Source: Octopus vulgaris (lineage: Eukaryota). From it: a DNA stretch of 64,000 nucleotides. The stretch lies in the NCBI GenBank assembly GCA_951406725.2, contig OX597840.1, forward strand, positions 19,716,001 through 19,780,000. The letters run 5' to 3'. Under the pieces are notes generated by a model, which saw only the letters and a list, made by a program, of their open reading frames with translations, was not told the DNA's origin and searched no databases. Made by a program: the position numbers and the translations under genes. Of this stretch, positions 56,344-64,000 are shown in pieces (position 1 is the stretch's first letter; every line of letters starts with the position of its first letter).

Positions 56344-56625
56344 GGATCTTTTCGGTTTGAACGGCAATTTTTCTAGCGGTGTGATATGAAATTGTCACCC
56401 ATAATTATGACCCTAGTATCGATCTATTGCATTTCAACCTAGATTGGTTGAAATTGCAGAAATTGAAGAAAAAAAAAACAAATATCTTACAAACTATAGA
56501 ATTTTCTCAATAAAGCCAAGAGAAAACGATGTTTTATAAACACATTCTACCAGTATACGAAGTTTAAAAGTGTTTAGTTACGTGGAAATTATTTTTAAAA
56601 ACTGCCGGTCAAACCGAAAAGATCC
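56344..56625. mobile_element. MITE with ~28-bp TIRs and 8-bp target site duplication
   Basis: ggatcttttcggtttgaacggcaatttt...aaaactgccggtcaaaccgaaaagatcc; flanks cgtgacgc / catgacgc. Confidence 0.85.
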
Positions 56626-57002
56626 CATGACGCTTTAGATTCCACGTGATATTAGCATGTTGCTTGAAAATCGATGTGTTCTATTTTACATCATGCACAC
56701 ACACACACACACACACACACACGTATGTACGTATGTATGTATGTTATTTATGCGTGTATATAACAAATAACAAATGAGATGAAAAATGAATCATACGAGA
56801 AACTTTATTGCTCACAACGATCGTTTCGACTCATCCTGCATCGATCTCTCGGTTATGAGATGCTGTGTAAACCAATAAGGACATGGTGTCTATAGACTAC
56901 TTCCAGATGCGCAAAAGAGCTTGTCACATAACATTCTTAGCCACTGACTGCCTAACGATAAACCCTGCCATTCAGATACGTTGTGCTCTTCTTATATACA
57001 TA

Positions 57003-57057
<55 letters not shown>

Positions 57058-57064
57058 ATATATA

Positions 57065-57178
57065 CACTTTAACAATAAAAACATATATATTTGCATACGT
57101 ACATACATATATGTACATACCTACATCTATATGTATATATACATGCATACATATATATATATGATATGTATATATACA

Positions 57179-57220
<42 letters not shown>

Positions 57221-57496
57221 TACAGGACACCACAAATAAACGTAGAACACAACGAGAAACGAAAACATAAAAACAAACAAGGAAACGGACTTTTGTTAAC
57301 AACGAAAAAACAGAGTACAGGACAAACAATACAAGGAATATTCCCCTTCATCAGCTGCCCCTGGTTCGACTCAATGCGTGTTTCGAAGGTAAAGGGTAGA
57401 ACACGATCCGGCCGAAGCAGTCCTTCCTGCAAAATGAATGAAATAAAATTCTTTTGCAGAGGGGTAAATAAAAGAAAAAAATGACAAGAACAGGAC

Positions 57497-57500
<4 letters not shown>
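57065..57500 (-). mobile_element. TA-embedded family D, longer copy
   Basis: Homology to 41530-41830; the minus strand has ccttcGAAAC...GTC...CTGATGAagggg. Confidence 0.65.
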
Positions 57501-57569
<69 letters not shown>

Positions 57570-57579
57570 CATATATAAG

Positions 57580-57647
<68 letters not shown>

Positions 57648-57884
57648 TACATATATAAGTATATATATATGTATATGTGTATATATAAATCCTAAAACTG
57701 TATGTTTGTATGTACCGTATGTATGTATATGTATAGAGTTATATATAGAGTTATATATATATTGTATAAATATCTATGCATATATTTTATACACACACAC
57801 ACACATGCGTATAAGACATCTCTCGCAATTTAATTTCTGCTGCTGAAGTTTCTGCTTGTATACATTTCGACTACAACATCCATC

Positions 57885-58730
57885 CTCCGCCAACACCATC
57901 ACCACCACCACTACTACTATCACTACTAATATTACTATTACTACCACCACCACCACCACCACCACCGTATCCGCCTCCCCTGACAATAACACCATCGCAA
58001 ATCACACGCAACACTACAACAACAATAACAACAGCAACAAAACTGTAGAAACATAACAAACCCTACAACAACAACAACAACACTATGGCCGCCACACCGC
58101 CATCACCAAGAAGGGGATCACCACCATCGCCACCAACACAGCCATCACCGTCACCGCCACTGCAAAACGCCGCCATCACAACCACCACATCTACCAACAT
58201 CACCACCACTACAACCACCACAACCACCACAACCACCACCACCACTATCACAGCCACCACCACCACTACCTCCGACACAATCATCACTAACATAACCACC
58301 ACCACCATCACAACTTCTACCATGACCACCACAACCATCACCACCATCACCACTACCTCCGACAAAACTATCACAACCATCACCGCCACCACCACCACCA
58401 TCACAACCTCTACCATCACCATCACATCACAACCACCACCACCACCACACACCACCACCACCACCATCACTATCAACTACAACAGTCATCACTACCATAA
58501 CACCACCATCACCACCACTACCATCACCATCATAACCACCACCATCAACAACCTGCATCAACAACAGCCACCACCACCACTACAACCACCACCAACACAA
58601 TCATCACCATCACCACCACCACCACCATCACCACTATTACAATCACCACACCCACCATCGCCACCATCACCAATACCTCCGACACAGCCACCACCGCCAC
58701 CACCACCAACACCACCACCGCCACTACAGT
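57885..58730. repeat. degenerate (CAC/CAA/CAT)n region
   Basis: Direct observation. Confidence 0.9.
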
Positions 58731-58875
58731 GAAAGCCGACACAGTACTACGACATATACACATAACCTTCTAGCTCTCTCCCTCTCTCTCAATGTAAAAA
58801 AGCTTATTGTACAAGAACGTTCTCCCACGGGGATTATCCCGGTCAACCCTTCCCGTATAATACCCAACACACACA

Positions 58876-58919
<44 letters not shown>

Positions 58920-58980
58920 CACGCACACATACACACGCACACACGCACGCACGATCCACCTCTTTCCCCCACCCACTCCC

Positions 58981-59700
58981 CAGCTACCCCACCACCACAC
59001 CCGTGTCTTAACACCCGAGGGTTTTAATTTAGGAAAAGAACATATATATATTTATTTTTTCCCACCATCTTCTTTGTAGAGACAAGGTCAGAAGAGCTTC
59101 GACTCTTAAGCTCTGTCGTTGTTGTTGTTGAGGTTGTTTTAACCCCAGGTCTGAGCCTATTGCAAGTAGGAGAACCTTATGATCGATGGTGTCCCAGCCG
59201 TGACCACCCCGCCGTCAGGAACGCCACTTACTGGCCAACGTCAACAACACTAAATATGGCTGACATTATCTCTCTCACCACCACTACCACCACAACCGAC
59301 ACAACTACCACTACCCCCCCTACCACTACCACAGCTACCCCCACCCCACCCGTGTCTTAACACCCGAGGGTTTTAATTTAGGAAAAGAATATATATATAT
59401 TTTCTTTTTCCCACCATCTTCGTTGTGGAGACAAGGTCAGAAGAGTTTCGACTCTTAAGCTCTCCTTGCTCGTGTTGATGTTGTTGTCGTTGTTGTTGTT
59501 GTTGATGTTTGTTTTAACCCCAGGTCTGAGCCTGTTGCAAGTAGGAGAACCTTATGATCGATGGTGTCCCAGCCGTGACCCCCCCCCCCCCCCCCGCCGT
59601 TAGGTTACTATTTATTGCCAGCAGTCGTACGCCATTCACTGGCCAACGTCAACGACACCAAATATGGCTGGCATTATCTCTCTCACCACCACAACCACCA
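58981..59700 (+). repeat. local direct duplication (~350-bp units) of non-microsatellite sequence
   Basis: cccgtgtcttaacacccgagggttttaatttagg at ~59000 and ~59350, with colinear downstream blocks. Confidence 0.9.
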
Positions 59701-60540
59701 CTACAACCACCACCACAGCTACCACCACAACTACAACCAACTCAATCACCACCATCACTACCACTACCACCATCACCACCACCACAGCTACCACCACAAC
59801 CAACACCACCACCACCACCACTACCACTATCACCACCACCATAACTACCATCAACATTATAACACCACCACAGCTACCACCACAACTACAACCAACTCAA
59901 TCACCACCACAACCACTACCACCATCACCATCACCACAGCTACTACCACCACCACAACTACAACCAACACCACAACTACAACCACACCACAACCACCACT
60001 ACCACCATCACCACCACCACAGCTACCACCACAACTACAACCACCACAACCACCACTACCACCACAACCAACACCACAACTACCACTACCAGCACCACCA
60101 CCACAACTACCACCACAACTACAACCAACACAACCACCACCACCACCACCACAACCACCACCACCACCACCACCACCACCACCACCACCACCCACCATCA
60201 CCACCACCACAGCTACCACCACAACTACAACCAACTCAATCACCACCACCATCACAACCACACAACCAACACCACAACTACCACTACCACCACAACCACT
60301 ACCACAGCTACCACCACCACAGCTACCACCACAACTACAACCAACACTACCATCACCACTACCACCATCATCACAACCACCACTGCCACCACCACGACTA
60401 TAACAACAACCACCACCTCACTACCTCCACAACAACCACCACCACAACCACCACCACCATAACTACCACCAACATCATAACAACAACCATCATTAGTGTT
60501 GACATCACCACCATCACCACTATATCCACCACAACAACAA
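59683..60540. repeat. degenerate (CAC/CAA/TAC)n with higher-order unit
   Basis: cacagctaccaccacaactacaacc recurs several times. Confidence 0.9.
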
Positions 60541-60739
60541 AAGTCTCTTACGTGACCACTTGATCTCCTAAAAATAGCGACTAAAACCTCTCAAATGACA
60601 CACAGACACACACACTCCTCAGAGAGGAGACAGCAAGGGTGAAGACCAAACGGTCAAGAAGCCCTTCTCTGAATGCGATCCCAGGATATCCGTGTACGTG
60701 ACAGCAGCACGGTCCTAGGTGTGAGAGCTGCACTTGGTT

Positions 60740-61105
60740 GACTTATACTGCTTAGTCCCGCTAGTCACAATGCGCTTCCAATTTTGTTTTGATGGTGTCA
60801 TTCTTTTCCATTTTAGCCCAAATTGTTTAACTAAATCGTCCTCCCATCGCCGCGGAAGACTTCCAAACGGCCCCTTCTGATGCCTTGGATACCACTTGGC
60901 AACTGCGTGGGGCTCACCTGTTGTCCGTGAATCTTGTAATATGTCCAGCGCCCAGTGGAACTTGTGCTTTTGGTACTCTGCAGTCACATCTTCCACTCTG
61001 CTCTGTTCTCGAATTTTCTTATTTTGAATCGGCTCTCTTAACACCAATCGATGTTCTGTTCGCTTCGTATTAGCCCACATCTCACTTGCATATATGGATG
61101 GAAGC
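60740..61105 (-). pseudogene. RTE-clade LINE ORF C-terminal fragment
   Basis: LPSIYASEMW...IREQSRVEDV...KFHWA(G-H)...WYPR..K.PFG..PRRWEDDL.....W is a typical RTE C-terminus. Confidence 0.8.
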
Positions 61106-61485
61106 ACTCCGTCGGTTACGACGATGAGGGTTCCGGTTGATCCGAATCAACGGAACAGCCTGCTCGTGAAATTAACGTGTAAGTGGCTGAGCACTCCACA
61201 GACACGTGTACCCTTTAACGTAGTTCTCGGGGATATTCAGCGTGACACAGAGTGTGACAAGGCCGGCCCCTTTGAAATACAGGTACAACAGAAACAGGAA
61301 GTAAGAGTGAGAGAAAGTTGTGGTGAAAGAGTACAGCAGGGATCACCACCATCCCCTGCCGGAGCCTCGTGGAGCTTTTAGGTGTTTTCGCTCAATAAAC
61401 ACTCACAACGCCCGGTCTGGGAATCGAAACCGCGATCCTATAACCGCGAATCCGCTGCCCTAACCACTGGGCCATTGCGCCTCCA
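61085..61485 (-). mobile_element. tRNA-derived SINE family 4
   Basis: Minus strand: ggaggcgcaatggcccagtggttagggc (box A), ggtttcgattccc (box B), long body. Confidence 0.8.
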
Positions 61486-61989
61486 TTTCTTGCATATAAG
61501 AGCACATGTCACACTGTGCAATTCAAGAGTGTGGCACGTGTGGCATTTTCTAGCTTTATTTGGGACCCACCCTTAATTGAGTTGAATGCCCTCTATCAAG
61601 CTCTTATCCTCTTTGAGATTTCAGTATCCATATCTCGACTGATACCTTTTTTTAAACGACCACGGAAAGATAAAAGAAAATATTCACCCTCGGTAGGATT
61701 CGAACCAGGATTTAAGCTAAGGCAATCCTGTCTTGGAGCGAGAGAGCCGACAGTTTATAAATGGAGTGGCGGAAATCCTTTGAGTAAAAAGGATGGCACA
61801 AGACCAAACACTGATCATATCCGAAGACCCTTACAAAAGAACCCCAGTGTTTGACTGGTACCTTTTATTTAGCGGTTATGGAGACATAAAATGTAAAGCT
61901 GAACTGGCTGGAATTCGAACTCAGATCGTACAGAACCTGATCAAATATCGGGTGAAATTTCCCCCACCTCATCTGAGACTTTGATGATT

Positions 61990-62207
61990 CCTTTTCTACT
62001 CTTTGCACAAGGCCTGAAATCTGTGGGGGCGGGGGCCAGTCGATTAGATCGTACCAGTACGCAACTGGTGCTTAATTTATCGACCCCGAAAGGATGAATG
62101 AAAGGCAATGTCGATCTCGGGGGAATTTGAACTCAGAATGTAAAGACAGACGAAACACAGCTAAGCATTTCGCCCGGCGTGCTAACGATTCTGCCAGCTC
62201 GCTGCCT
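61990..62207 (-). mobile_element. SINE family 2 monomer
   Basis: Reverse complement of the 16611 head plus one unit. Confidence 0.85.
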
Positions 62208-62312
62208 TAAAATCTATTTTCTACTCTAGGCACAAATCAAATATCGGGTGACATCCCCCGCAACACACACACACACACACACACACGTACACCTCATCCG
62301 AGACTCTGACAA

Positions 62313-62862
62313 GCGCCGCCGCCTTCACCACGCTCACCGCCACCACCACCACCATCGTCACCACGCGCACCACCACCTACACCACGCTCACCGCTACCAC
62401 CACCGCCACCTTCACCACGCACATTGCCACTTTCACCTTGCTCACCACCACCACCATCACCGCCACCTGCACCACGCGCACCGCCACCTGCATCACGCGC
62501 ACCACCACCACCACCTCCACCTAAACCACGCTCAATGCCATCACCAGCGACACCTTCACTTTGTTCACCGCCACCACCATCTTCACTACGCTCACCGCCA
62601 CCACCATCGCCACCTTCACCACGCTCACCACCACCACCACCACCACCATCACGACGCACACCGCCGCCACCACCGCTCACCACCATCACCTCCACCGCCA
62701 CCTAAACCACGCTCACCGCCACCACCACTACCACCACCTTCTCCACGCTCACCACCACCACTACCACCATCGTCACCACGCTCAACGCCACCACGACCGC
62801 CACCTTCACGAGGCACACCACCGCCACCACCACCACCACCTTCACCCCGCACACCACCGCCT
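62313..62862. repeat. CAC-derived minisatellite (ccaccttcaccacgctcaccg-like unit)
   Basis: Direct observation. Confidence 0.88.
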
Positions 62863-63234
62863 CCATACCAAGCGGGTCCCTAATTCCCCTTACATCGTAC
62901 CTAAAAGCGAAACAAAGACACAGCGTCCATTTTAAAGTCTATTGATCCCCGTGGGAGAGCAGAAAATCCTCCTCCAACGAAAAGTTACGGAATTTATTTT
63001 CTTTCTATTTCTATTTCTTACTTTCACTTTTGTTTCTGTTTATTTATTCTTTAACCAATTATTTTTAACTCGTTCAAACTTATTAAAACTACTTAGCGTC
63101 TATTTGCTTCCATTTATGGCCTTCCTTTTTATCCTTTTGTGGCTTATTTCAAGTTCGAAGAGATCGTTAACCGCGGCAACGAAATTATTTTGTCATAACG
63201 AATAAGTTATCTCGAACGAGATATCCTGTACTGC

Positions 63235-63762
<528 letters not shown>

Positions 63763-64000
63763 GGTAACATGTAACCCAGTACTACCTGTTGCATGGTCGG
63801 GTCGTCGGCGACTAAACCGGCAACCCCACCAAGCTCGCTTGGTGAGGAGGGTGTTTATTGGTCACCCTGCGGGATGAAAAACAAAACCCATCAAAGGGCG
63901 GAGGAACTCTTGAGAGTCAACGGCCATCCAATAAATGTCTTAAAGCTGTATCATGCGCGGGGACATAGAAATAATCGGATTGAATACCCGATCGCGCAGT

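Noticed and set aside
62248-62883. His-rich 211-aa ORF resembling a histidine-rich protein
   Set aside because: CAC-derived minisatellite open in multiple frames, non-ATG start, begins in a (CA)n tract.
63765-64000. Possible 5' UTR of a LINE at the window edge
   Set aside because: Complex sequence but truncated by the window; no ORF or ribozyme fold that I could verify.

Overview
Repeat-saturated eukaryotic non-coding DNA with no supportable host protein-coding exon; nearly all ORFs in the track are translations of (TA)n, (CA)n, (CATA)n, (GATA)n, (GA)n and triplet microsatellites. The repeat content resembles Octopus/cephalopod DNA (inference from recalled SINE families, not searched). It contains several tRNA-derived SINE families, decayed Tc1/mariner transposases, CR1-, RTE- and L1/Tx1-like LINE fragments, a Penelope-like RT fragment, non-autonomous Helitrons and a MITE. 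The main unexpected signal is a high density of type I hammerhead ribozyme (HHR) motifs: at least 5 with an intact CUGANGA...GAAA core plus several variant-core families. Most sit in short elements inside (TA)n tracts, and several form fold-back palindromes centred on a ribozyme stem. The best single candidate is a ~345-bp retroposon at 20748-21091 (-) built as intron-containing pre-tRNA-Met + hammerhead + SINE/LINE-type 3' tail + poly(A), inserted into the Penelope RT. All structures were folded by eye, coordinates are approximate to a few nt, and ribozyme activity and novelty are untested.
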